Assembly: GCF_006345805.1 (NCBI RefSeq)
Contig: NC_042998.1
Coordinates: 23,250,001-23,314,000 of the forward strand
Source: Octopus sinensis
Lineage: Eukaryota
Length of the DNA: 64,000 nt
Direction of reading: 5' to 3'
Under the pieces are notes generated by a model that had not been told where the DNA came from, ran no database searches, and saw nothing but the letters and a program-made list of their open reading frames with translations. Positions 12,136-24,130 of the stretch are shown here, one piece after another. Position numbers and translations under genes: made by a program. Positions within the stretch are counted from its first letter, which is position 1, and every line of letters starts with the position of its first letter.

Positions 12136-14447
12136 AACAGAAAATGAATGGGATAAAGAGAGTCTGCCGAATGTTGACCCAACAGAGGGACCAGCTATCC
12201 GAGTTGATAGTTCCGTGGTAGCTAAGGCAATTAGAAGCATGAAGTCAGGAAAAGCCCCAGGCCCATCAGGAATCACTGCAGAGATGCTCAAAATGTCTGG
12301 TAGTGTCGGCTATAGCCTAGTCACCCATATAGTTAATCAGGTGATACACAAAGGAGTCATACCCAATGACTGGTGTAGCAGCATAATAGTCAACTGCTAC
12401 AAAGGTAAAGGTGACGCCCTAGATACAAATAATTACAGAGGTATCAAGCTGTTGGATCAGGTGATGAAGGTTACGGAGAGGGTCATAGCCCAACTAATTA
12501 GAGAGAGAGTTAGTTTAGATGAGATGCAGTTTGGGTTTGTGCCAGGGAAAAGTACTACTGATGCTATATTCCTGGTAAGGCAGCTGCAGGAGAAATACCT
12601 AGCCAAAGATAAGCCCCTGTACCTGGCTTTTGTTGACATGGAGAAAGCCTTCGACAGGGTCCCCCGATCCCTTATCTGGTGGGCAATGAGGAAACTAGGG
12701 ATAGATGAATGGTTAGTGAGAGCTGTGCGGGCCATGTATAGGGACGCTGCTAGTAGGGTGAGGGTTGGAAATGAGTACAGTGAAGAATTCCGGGTAGAGG
12801 TAGGGGTCCACCAAGGCTCAGTACTCAGTCCCCTCCTATTTATCATAGTCCTCCAGGCAATAACGGAGGAATTCAAGACAGGATGCCCTTGGGAGCTCCG
12901 CTATGCTGATGACCTTGCTCTAATTGCTGAGTCGCTATCAGAACTGGAGGAGAAGTTTCAGGTGTGGAAACAAGGATTAGAATCGAAGGGCCTCAGAGTC
13001 AATCTAGCTAAAACAAAAGTTGTAATCAGTAGGAAGGTAGACAAATCACAAACGCCTTCAGGTAGATGGCCTTGCTCGATCTGTAGAAAAGGTGTAGGTA
13101 GAAACTCTATAAGATGCACCAAGTGTAAGCTATGGACACATAAGAGGTGCAGCAATGTCAAAGGAAGGTTAACTAGGAAGATGGTTTTTGTATGTGGCAG
13201 ATGTTCAGGAACAATAAACACTAAACACTGAAAATGCTCTGAGACCAACTTCCGTCACTTTCCAGGGAGAAAAACTAGAAATAGTTGATAGTTTCCGTTA
13301 CCTAGGTGACCAAGTCAGCAGCGGGGGCGGGTGTGCTGAAAGTGTAACTGCTAGAGTAAGAATACCTTACCCCTGCTGGTGACAAAAGGCCTCTCGCACA
13401 AAGTGAAAGGCAGACTGTATGATGCGTGTGTACGAACAGCCATGCTACATGGCAGTGAAACATGGGCCGTGACTGCTGAGGATATGCGTAAGCTCGCAAG
13501 AAATGAAGCCAGTATGCTCCGATGGATGTGTAATGTCAGTGTTCATAATCGACAGAGTGTAAGTACCTTGAGAGAAAAGCTGGACCTAAGAAGCATCAGT
13601 TGTGGTGTGCAAGAGAGACGATTGCGTTGGTATGGTCATGTGGCGAGAATGGATGAAGATAGTTGTGTGAAAAAGTGCCACACCCTAGCGGTTGAGGGAA
13701 CCTGTGGAAGAGGCAGACCCAGGAAAACCTGGGACGAGGTGGTGAAGCACGACCTTCGAACTTTAGGTCTCACTGAGGAAATGACTAGAGACCGAGTCCT
13801 CTGGAAGTGTGCTGTGTGCGAGAAGACCCGGCAGGACAAGTGAGTCCATAACCCGTGGCCTTCTACTTGGGATGGAGCCAGCCTACGTATGCATACCTTC
13901 CCTTCTTGGGACATAAAACTCTACTTGTGAAACCTGTTGAGGCAAGTGAGGATCAGAATCGAAATCGATCAATGGAAATTGCAGATGTGTTACCAGTGCC
14001 GGTGGCATGTCGAAACTCTACTTGTGAAGACCCGTTGAGGCAAGTGAGGATCAGAATGGAAATCGATCAATGGAAATTGCAGATGTGTTACCAGTGCCGG
14101 TGGCATGTAAGAGAACCTTCCGTTTCGCGACCGTTGCCAGCACCGCCCCGTTTTGTGTCCGTTGCCAGCCTCGCCTGGCCCTTGTGCCGGTGGCACATAA
14201 AAAGCACCATCCGTTCGTGGCTGTTTGCCAGCTCTGTCTGGCACCTGTGCGGGTGGCACGTAAAAAGCACCCACTACACTCACGGAGTGGTTGGCGTTAG
14301 GAAGGGCATCCAGCCGTAGAAACACTGCCAGATTTGACTGGGCCTGATGAAGCCTTCTGGCTTCACAGACCCCAGTAGAACCGTCCAACCCATGCTAGCA
14401 TGGAAAACGGACGCTAAACGACGATGATGATGATGATGATGATGATG
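12136..14447 (+). mobile_element. RTE-clade LINE, 5'-truncated and disrupted (RT domain, PHD-like finger, 3' UTR, (GAT)n tail)
   Basis: ORF 12089-13231 has RT motifs KAPGPSG, YKGKGD, YRGIKLL, QFGF, FVDMEKAFDRV, GVHQGSVLSPLLF, YADD; the C-terminus continues in ORF 13379-13843 (RRLRWYGHV, RGRPRKTW). Versus the 22.5-kb copy it has a 7-bp duplication near 13220 and a net 22-bp deletion near 13363. Confidence 0.95.
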
Positions 14448-14679
14448 TTTCTGATTTAGGCACTTGGCTAACAATTTTGGAGGTGGGAATTAGTTGATAG
14501 CATTGACTCCCACCTCCAGTACTTGACTGGTATTTTAGCTTATCAACCTCAAAGTTGAAAGGCAAAGTTGACCTTGGTAAGATTTGAACTCAGAATGTGA
14601 AGAATCGGTACAAATACTGCAAAGTAGTATTTTTCAGATGATTTCATGATTCTACCAATTCCTTCTCTTCTTTCTTCTT

Positions 14680-15180
14680 CAAGCGGTCACAACCAGCAAT
14701 GTGGTTTACATGGTGGCACCAGGAATCTCTATCCTCTTGATTTCTTGTTGTGTGTGTCTGCCAATAACATCTATGTATTTGAGTGGACTTATCCTCTATT
14801 CAGGAGAATTTAGAAGAAGTCTTCAAAATATAACATCTGGTATGGCTTGTTGTTAAGCATGCTAAGCAGTAGCCAGTAAAACTTAACTTGTGTTGAGTGA
14901 CAACAACAGAAATGAGTAGAATGTGGTCTTAAATTTCCTCTCTGGTCTTGTGCACTCACCATAGGATGTCCTGAACTCACGTAAGAAACCTGGTTTATGC
15001 ATCATCAAGGGCAATCTTGAAGCTTCATCTTTAGAATCTCGGTTTAGGTTTCACATAGGATGCTGTTTGCGCATGTCCTGAAGAAGGCCAGGTTTATTGG
15101 CTTCAAAATACTTGACTGCCAGATATTTTGAAGCTTGCTTCAGGTAGTCCAAGCTTGTTCTTTGTATGTAATGAAGCTTT
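14680..15180 (-). mobile_element. Highly degenerate LINE 3' fragment (RTE-like)
   Basis: Minus-strand translation gives remnants resembling the RTE C-terminus (LSFTGYCL...YIDVIGRHT), with many stops. Confidence 0.4.
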
Positions 15181-16399
15181 TCTTACTGTCAGCAATATAG
15201 GATCTAAAAAGGTGGCGAGCTGGCAGAATTGTTAGCATGCTGGGCAAAATGCTTGGCGGTATTTTGTTTGTCTTAACGTTCTGAGTTCAAATTTCGCCGA
15301 AGTTGACTTTGCCTTTCATCCTTTTGGGGGTCAATAAATTAAATACCAGTTACGCACTGGGGTTGATATAATCAACTGAATCCATTTGTCTGTCCTTGTT
15401 TGTCCTCTCTGTGTTTAGCTCCTTGTGGGTAGTAAAGAAATAGGTATTTTGTCAGTCTTCACGTTCTGAGTTCAAATTCCGCCGAGGTCGATTTTGGCTC
15501 TTATCCTTTTGAGGTCAATAAATTAAGTACCAGTTGCATACTGGGGTCGATCTAATTGACTGCTCCCCCCTCCACAAAAAATTTTGGGCCTTGTGCCTAC
15601 AGTAGAAAAGAATAAAGGATCCAGACTACTTGAAGTGGATGATCTTGAGTTGTGTGCCATTTTTAGGACAAACTGGTAGGAGACTTTCATCCTCATTAAT
15701 GGTAATGAATCCTGCCAATCCATTACCCTTCAAAATAATTGTTTCTAACATAAGCACAGAATCAGGAATTTAGAAAGCGGGGAACATCCAGAAGGATGAA
15801 AGGCAAACTTCACCTTAACAGGATTGTAACTTCAATGCTTTTTGGACGACACGCATCAGTCGCAGCACAATTTGAAATTTTAAATATGTTATATTGTAAC
15901 AACAAAGGACAACAATATAATGAAACAATAATCAATTACAAAAATGAAATCATACTTAAAAAAAGCTGGGGTGCATCAGACAACGTATTTCCTTATAAAC
16001 AAATAGATGGTAAGGTCATGGATAGAATGTCTTTGGTCATAGGTCTGCTTAATGAGATCTGACCTAGAGATAACATTATATGATAGCAAGCTAGTAGGGT
16101 GTAATGAGAGAAATTTGGCTGTTATTTCTAGCAGTTTGAGTAAGTTGAGTGCAGACCCTCCTTGATGGTCGAATGTAGTATTTGTTATATACGAGAAACA
16201 TATCTGCCTATCTGCCTAATTAATAAGTATCAAAGTATAGGAACAGTACTCATATGTTTTGCTTTAGTCTAGTTTACAACCAAACTGTACATTCAATCAT
16301 ACATTGATTTTTAATTTTCTCTTAAAGATAATAGGGAGATTATAAAGCAAATATTCTGTTGCCATATCAATAAATCCACTGATGGTAAAGGTGGTGTTT

Positions 16400-16680
16400 A
16401 TTTTCAGGAATTGTTGGAACCAGAAGCTGTTGCTAAGCAGCTCTTTAGTCAGCTCTGTTTAAACACACCCATGTTCAGAGCTCTCAGTCCTTCATCTGCT
16501 ATGTCCATAGGCATCGACACTCATGGATCTCCATGCCAGAGTCTGAAAGTACATGATTTGTTTCTTGGGAAAAACAGAAGTGGTTCCCCATTGGCTTCTC
16601 TCAGTTGTATACAGTTTACTCTGTTAGTTTCCTACTTTCCGAAGTATGACATGTCGGCCAAAAGAAAAGATTTCTTTTCT
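16400..16680 (-). mobile_element. Possible degenerate L1/Tx1-like LINE fragment
   Basis: Minus frame FRLWHGDP*VSMPMDIADEGLRALNMGVFKQS*LK loosely resembles the L1 FLW.G / P...GGLG..N..FN.A.L region; weak. Confidence 0.25.
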
Positions 16681-19600
16681 TCTTTTTTTTTCTTTTCTAT
16701 TCTAGGCACAAGGCCCAAAATCTTTTGAGGGCACCAGTCGATTAGACTGACTCCAGTATGCAACTGGTACTTAATTTATTGACCCCGAAATGATGAAAGG
16801 CAAAGTCGACCTCGGTGGAATTTGAACTCAGAACGTAACGGCAGACGAAATACCATTAAGCATTTCGCTTGGCATGCTAATGAGTCTGCCAGCTCGCCAC
16901 CCTAAATAGAACAAATATTCTTTTCTATTCTAGGCACAAGGCCCAAAATTTTGGGGGAGGTGGCCAGTCGATTAGATCAACCCCAGTATGCAACTGGCAC
17001 TTAATTCATCAACCTTGAAAAGATGAAACACAAAGTTGACCTCAATGGAATTTGAACTCAGAATATAAAGACAGATGAAAAAGAAAATATTTATGATGTA
17101 TCAATAATAATTTAGAAATTTCTCTCTTAACTACAACTATTTCGGTTTCCATGCTTCCTTTGAATGGGTCTATTCTCTGTTTTAAGCACTTGTGCTGGCA
17201 CCACATAAAAAAGCGCTCATGCTGGTGCCATGTAAAAAAGAACCTGTGCTAGCACCACGTAAAAAAACCCCCATTTAAGGTCCATTTTCCATGCTGGCAT
17301 AGATTGAATGGCTTGACAAGAACATGCTGCAATTGTCTGTTTTCACATGGTTGCTATGGTTGGATGCCCTTCCTGATGCTGACCACTTTACGGAATGCAG
17401 TGGATATTTTTATGTGATACTATCATGTGTGACTTTTGTGTGGCACCAGCACCAGTGCTTTTTACATGGTACCATCATGGGTGTTTTTTATATGGTACTA
17501 ACAAGAGTGTTTTTTGTGTGGTACTAGCACAGGTTCTTTTTACATGGCACCAGCATGAGTACTTCACTTGGCTCCAGCATGGGTGCTTTCTATGTGGCAA
17601 TATATCATCATCATCATCATCATCATCATTTTTAACGTTCGCTTTCCAAGCTGGCATGGGTTGGATAGTTTGACTGAGAACTGGCAAGCCAGGAGGCTGC
17701 ACCAGGCTCCAATCTGATTTGGCAAGGTTTCTACAGCTGGATGTCCTTCCTAATGTCAACCACTTCAAGAGTGTAGGGGATGCTTTTATGTGCCACTGGC
17801 AGAGGAGCCAGTCAGGCAGCACTGGCATCAGTCTTGCTCGAATGGTGTATTTTACATGCCACCAGCACAGGAGCCAGTCAGGCGGCACCGGTATTGGCCA
17901 CACTCGAATGGTGCTTTCTACATATATATATATATATATATACACACACATATTTAGGGTGATGAACTTTAGCACACCAGGCAAAATGCTTCCTGGAATT
18001 TCATCCATTTTTAAGACATGTGTTCAAATTCTACTGAGGTCAACTTTGCTTTTCATCCTTTTAGGGGCGATAAAATACCAGTTGAAGACTGAGGTTGATG
18101 TAATCAACTTAGCCCCTCCCCAGAAATTGCTAGCTTTGTGTTAAGATTTGAAACCAATATATATATATCTTTAGCAAGGTGGTACCCAAGTATGGTCGCT
18201 ATCCAATGACTGAAATAAGTAAGAGAGAAAAGATATATATAATGGGGGAAAGCATTTGAATCCAGAATCTTTATTTATAAAACAGAGTCAGAGTGCTCTT
18301 AATTGGTAAAACCATATGAAGATAATCAGGGAATCATTGATCAAAGTTGCATTGTAGAAAACAGAAAAAAGGTTTAATAGTCAGTATATTTCAAACTAGT
18401 CTTGCAATGGCTTATCTCAGAAACATAAATATATAATCATCAAAAATCTATTAACCATTAATTGATATGAATACAAGTTTCTAAAGGTAAAAATAGCAAA
18501 TTGATTCACGAAACAAATTCTGCAGCTTAAAAGTTAGAGGCCTAATATCTCGTATCTAGCAATGTGTTATTTAGTTTTCTGTTTCAATTAACAACAACAT
18601 CAACAACTAAAATCATGGAAAAGTCAATACACAACCATGAAAAACCAGTTTCCCCCCATTTTTTTTGTGTGTGTGTGTGTGTGCCAGAGAATCTATAACT
18701 ACATGGGAGTGGCTTAGTATTTGGGTCAGGGAAGAAATGGAACCATTCATCCCCACAGTTGAATGTTCATATACTGAGATAGAAGATATTTTTATTGGTC
18801 ATTTTTTACTTGTATCAGTCATTAGACTGCAGCCATACTTTGAGAAATTTTAACTAAACTCTTTTACTCTTTCACTTGTTTCAGTCATTTGACTGTGGCC
18901 ATGCTGGAGTACCGCCTTTAGTTGAGCACATCAAACCCATGACTTATTCTTTGAAAGCCTAGTACTTCTTCTATTGGTCTCTTTTGCCAAACCACTAAGT
19001 TGCGGGGACGTAAACACACCAGCATCATTTGTCAAGTGATGTTGGGGGGACAAACACAGACACACAAACATACATATATATACATATATTTACATACAAC
19101 ATGCTTCTTTCAGTTTCTGTCAACCAAATCCACTCACAAGGCTTTGGTTGGCCTGAGGCTATAGTAGAAGACACTTGGCCAAAGTGCCACGCAGTGGGAC
19201 TGAACATGGAACCATGTAGTTCATAAGCAAGCTACTTACTACACAGCCACCCCATTTTAAGCCTGGTATATATTCTATTGGTTTCTTTTGATGAACAGCT
19301 AAGTTACAGGGATGTAAACACACCAACACCAATTGTCAATTGGTGGTGGGGGACAGAGACACAACGACAAACACGCTCAACAAGCTTCTTTCAGTTTCCG
19401 TTTACCAAATCCACTCACAAGTCTTTGGTCAGCCTAAGGCTAAAGCAGGAAACACTTGCCTAAGGTGCAGTGCAGTGGAATTGAACCCAGAAACCTGTTG
19501 TTGGGAAGCAAGCTTCCCGCCACACAGCCGTAAAAAGGAAAATAGTTTGAAGAGAAAAAAAAAAGATGGTTAGTGATTCCCTGGGTACAAAGAGCCATGA

Positions 19601-20334
19601 ATTAATGGAGAAAATAAATAAAGCCGGAGATAGATACATGAAGTATTGTTGTTACCAATGTAGTGAAATTACAAGGGACTTCTTTTAGATACCATGCAGT
19701 TTTAATTCAGAGGAAATATATAAATAAATCAATCCCATTTTTTGTTGCTGTTTATATACTCTTTTTTAAGTATGGGCTGAGAAGCTTTTTTTTGAGGAGT
19801 GATTTAATTCTGTAACCTATAATCTTGTCTATAATATCATATAAGAGCATTGTATTTCTATGAGTTTCAAAATAAAATAGAAGAAAAATGGAATTATTCG
19901 ATGGTAAAACACAGGTTTATTGTACGATACATTCAACATATCAGGTAGCTAATCTGGTTTGCAGAACATTCATGTGAGAAAGAAAAAGAAGTGAGTTGCC
20001 ATAAAAAAGATAATAGCCATGGTAAGGTGTGTGAATGTGAGAGAGAGAAAGAGAGAGAGAGAGAGGAGTGCAGGTGTGTGCATGTGTGTGTGTGTGTACA
20101 GCGTATGTAAGTGAGAATGGTTCATGTGGGCTCCTAAATCCAACAGATCTCTGAATGAAAAACAATTTATCAAAACGTATCCTAGGAAACTGATAAAAAA
20201 ACTCATATTGGGGGAGGCCCAAAAATGGAGGTTGTGTTGCGGAGAAAAAACAAGAAATGTTAAGGATGCTGATATGAACAAATGATGTATGTTGCCCAAT
20301 TGCCTACTGTTGTCAAATGTGCTTGATGTATACA

Positions 20335-21230
20335 CAGCGCTGTCACATGACTTGTAGAGGCCCCCACAACTTTTTGTTTCGAGGCCCCATCCCTTCAATC
20401 AAAATTCGTAATCTTCGCACACCTTTTATTCATAGCTATATTTTAATTTATTCTATCTGAAGTTCAATACTTCACATCATTTTTAAAAGAACATTTTTAA
20501 AAGTACAACAAGTTAAATTTATTTAGGCTTATTTCAAATTTCAATAAGTAAAACTTCCAGACATGAATAAAAGAGCATTTTTATAATCCAGGAAACTTTC
20601 AAAGACAAACACGGCACACTTTTTGCTTTGCGAAATCATTGTTCAGTTCAGAATAATCAAGCTGAGAGCTAAGTTCGTGTTCAATAGATATCATAGACAA
20701 TCCACAAAGTCTGGTACACGTTCGTGGTACAATGTAATATTTTTTACAAAAACCTTTGCAGGTACAATGTGTTACCATTTTATTTCTTGAAATTTTCAGT
20801 GAACATCAATAGTTTAACAATTGCAGCGTGGAAGGTGTTTGTAAGCCATTTAAGAAACGCACAAAAGCCGTTCGATTCACTTCAACATTTAAGTTTAATT
20901 TGTCAAAATATTTTCGTTGCTTTAAGACCACGACCTGTTCAGTGACAAAATTGTTGAAGTGAATCGAACGGCTTTTGTGTGTTTCTTAAATGGCTTACAA
21001 ATACCTTCCACGCTGCAATTGTTTTCGTTTCAGCACATGATCTCAGATCAAATCACTTGCTATGCAAGTACATCTCCGTAAATCAATAATTTAATTCTTG
21101 TTCAACATCTTAACCAAAGTAAATAGATGACTTGACTATGTACTTTGATCTTAACATGGCGCCCTGGGGCCCCTCAACTGCGGAGGCCCCCTGTGACTGC
21201 AGGGGTTGCAGGGGCTTAGCAATGGCCCTC
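20335..21230. mobile_element. Non-autonomous hAT-type DNA transposon with an internal hairpin element
   Basis: Degenerate CAG(G/C)GC ends, GGGGCCCC-rich subterminal repeats, 8-bp TSD TGTATACA / TTTATACA (7/8). Confidence 0.65.
20816..21023. repeat. Inverted repeat with about 72-bp arms (MITE-like)
   Basis: AACAATTGCAGCGTGGAAGG...TTCAACA (20816-20887) pairs with TGTTGAA...CCTTCCACGCTGCAATTGTT (20952-21023), few mismatches. Confidence 0.85.
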
Positions 21231-22119
21231 TTTATACACTAATGAAGAGTTCTGCCATACAATCAAGTCAATCCAATATGTATGCAAGTGTATGAACAAG
21301 GGAACTGAAAGCTGCCATGAATGCAATCCCAAAACAAAACACAAATTATGGTGCAGCCCAGTTCTAGCTGGGAAGGCACAATAAGGGAACTGAATATACA
21401 TTCATACATACATACATACATACATACATACATGTATGTGTATATATATATATATAGGCATGGGTGTGTGGGAGGAAGTTACAGGTGTGGTTGTGTGGTA
21501 AGAAGTTTGCTTCTCAACCACATGATTCTGGGTTCAGTCCCACCACATGAACTTTGGGTAAGTGTCTTCTACTATAGCCTTGGGCCAATCAAAGCCTTGT
21601 GAATAGATTTGGGAGATGGAAACTGAAAGAAGCTTGTCGTATGTATGTGTGTGCATGCCTATATTTGTCCTCCACCACCACCAGACAACCAGTGTTGGTG
21701 TATTTATATCCTTGTAACTTAGTGGTTCATAGAGATGCATGGCTTAGTGGTTAGGGTGTCGGCATTATGATCGTAAGATTGTGGTTTCGATTCCTGGACT
21801 GGGTGACGCGTTGTGTTTTTGAGCAAAACACTTCATTTCATGTTGCTCCAGTCCACTCAGCTGGCAAAAATGAGTAACGCTGCGATGGACTGGCGTCCCA
21901 TCCAGCCCGGGAACACATACGCCATGGAAACCAGGAAACCAGGCCCATGAGCCTGGTTAGGCTTTAAAAGGGTGCATTTATTTTTTTTGACTTAGTGGTT
22001 TGGCCAAAGAAACCAATACAATAAGCAGCAGGCTCAAATAAATAAAATTATTGGGGTTGATTCCTGCCACTAAAATTCATGGCTGCAATCTAATAACCAC
22101 AAGAAGATAACATTTATGT

Positions 22120-22296
22120 GTAATATACACACACATACACACACACACACACACACACATATATACATACATACAATTATATACACACACACGCACACAT
22201 ATACATACATACAATTATATATATACACACACACACACACATATACATACATACAATTATATATATACACACACACACACACACATATACATACAT

Positions 22297-22329
<33 letters not shown>

Positions 22330-22454
22330 TATACATACATACAATTATATATATACACACACACATACATACATACAATTATATATATACACACATACAT
22401 ACAATTATATATATACACACATACACACAATTATATATATATACACACAATTAT

Positions 22455-22520
<66 letters not shown>
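22120..22520. repeat. Compound CA/TA microsatellite with a roughly 40-bp higher-order unit, ending in (TA)n
   Basis: Unit AATTATATATATACACACACACACATATACATACATAC repeated, with drift. Confidence 0.9.
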
Positions 22521-22524
<4 letters not shown>

Positions 22525-24130
22525 CTCCAGGCAATAACGGAGGAATTCAAGACAGGATGCCCTTGGGAGCTCCTCTATGCTGATGACCTTGCTCTAATTG
22601 CTGAGTCGCTATCAGAACTGGAGGAGAAGTTTCAGGTGTGGAAACAAGGATTAGAATCGAAGGGCCTCAGAGTCAATCTAGCTAAAACCAAAGTCGTAAT
22701 CAGTAGGAAGGTAGACAAATCACAAACACCTTCAGGTAGATGGCCCTGCTCGATCTGTAGAAAAGTGTAGGTAGAAACTCTATAAGATGCACCAAGTGTA
22801 AGCTATGGACACATAAGAGATGCAGCAATGTCAAAGGAAGACTAACTAGGAAGATGGTTTTTGTATGTGGCAGATGCTCAGGAACAATAAACACTGAAAA
22901 TGCTCTGAGACCAACTTCCGTCACTTTCCAGAGAGAAAAACTAGAAATAGTTGATAGTTTCCGTTACCTAGGTGACCAAGTCAGCAGCGGGGGCGGATGT
23001 GCTGAAAGTGTAACTGCTAGAGTAAGAACAGCTTGGGCAAAGTTCAGAGAGCTCTTACCTCTGCTGGTGACAAAAGGCCTCTCGCACAGAGTGAAAGGCA
23101 GACTGTATGATGCTTGTGTGCGAACAGCCATGCTACATGGCAGTGAAACATGGGCCGTGACTGCTGAGGATATGCGTAAGCTCGCTAGAAATGAAGCCAG
23201 TATGCTCCGATGGATGTGTAATGCCGGTACTCACACTCGGCAGAGTGTAAGTACCTTGAGAGAAAAGCTGGACCTAAGAAGCATCAGTTGTGGTGTGCAA
23301 GAGAGACGTTTGCGCTGGTATGGTCATGTGGCGAGAATGGATGAAGATAGTTGTGTGAAAAAGTGCCACACCCTAGCGGTTGAGGGAACCTGTGGAAGAG
23401 GCAGACCCAGGAAAACCTGGGATGAGGTGGTGAAGCACGACCTTCGAACTTTAGGTCTCACTGAGGAAATGACTAGAGACCGAGACCTCTGGAAGTGTGC
23501 TGTGCGCGAGAAGACCCGGCAGGACAAGTGAGTCCACAACCCGTGGCCTTCTACATGGGATGGAGCCAGCCTACGTATGCATACCTTCCCTTCTTGGGAC
23601 ACAAAGCTCTACTTGTGAAGACGTGTTGAGGCAAGTGAGGATCAGAATCGAAATCGATCAATGGAAATTGCAGATGTGTTACCAGTGCCGGTGGCATGTC
23701 GAAACTCTGCTTGTGAAGACCCATTGAGGCAAGTGAGGATCAGAATCGAAATCGATCAATGGAAATTGCAGATGTGTTACCAGTGCCGGTGGCATGTAAG
23801 AGAACTTTCCGTTTCGCGACCGTTGCCAGCACCGCCCCATTTCGTGTCCGTTGCCAGCCTCGCCTGGCCCTCGTGCCGGTGGCACATAAAAAGCACCATC
23901 CGTTTGTGGCCGTTTGCCAGCTCTGTCTGGCTCCAGTGCGGGTGGCACGTAAAAAGCACCCTCTACACTCACGGAGTGGTTGGCGTTAGGAAGGGCATCC
24001 AGCCGTAGAAACACTGCCAGATTTGACTGGGCCTGATGAAGCCTTCTGGCTTCACAGACCCCAGTAGAACCGTCCAACCCATGCTAGCATGGAAAACGGA
24101 CGCTAAATGATGATGATGATGATGATGATG
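22519..24130 (+). mobile_element. RTE-clade LINE, second copy of the same subfamily, more 5'-truncated
   Basis: Colinear with 12845-14447 with scattered substitutions; YADD motif present; 1-bp deletion near 22765 frameshifts the PHD-like region; (GAT)n tail; (TA)n on both flanks. Confidence 0.95.

Noticed and set aside
14344-14372. CTGATGA followed by a hairpin in the RTE 3' UTR (also near 24033)
   Set aside because: No GAAA after stem II and no stem III or cleavage triplet; other copies lack CTGATGA. Not a hammerhead.
13990-14388. Recurrent ORFs such as MDGSTG...LDALPNANHS (also 5158, 23679, 42041)
   Set aside because: Antisense readings of the repeated RTE 3' UTR/SINE tail, not a gene family.
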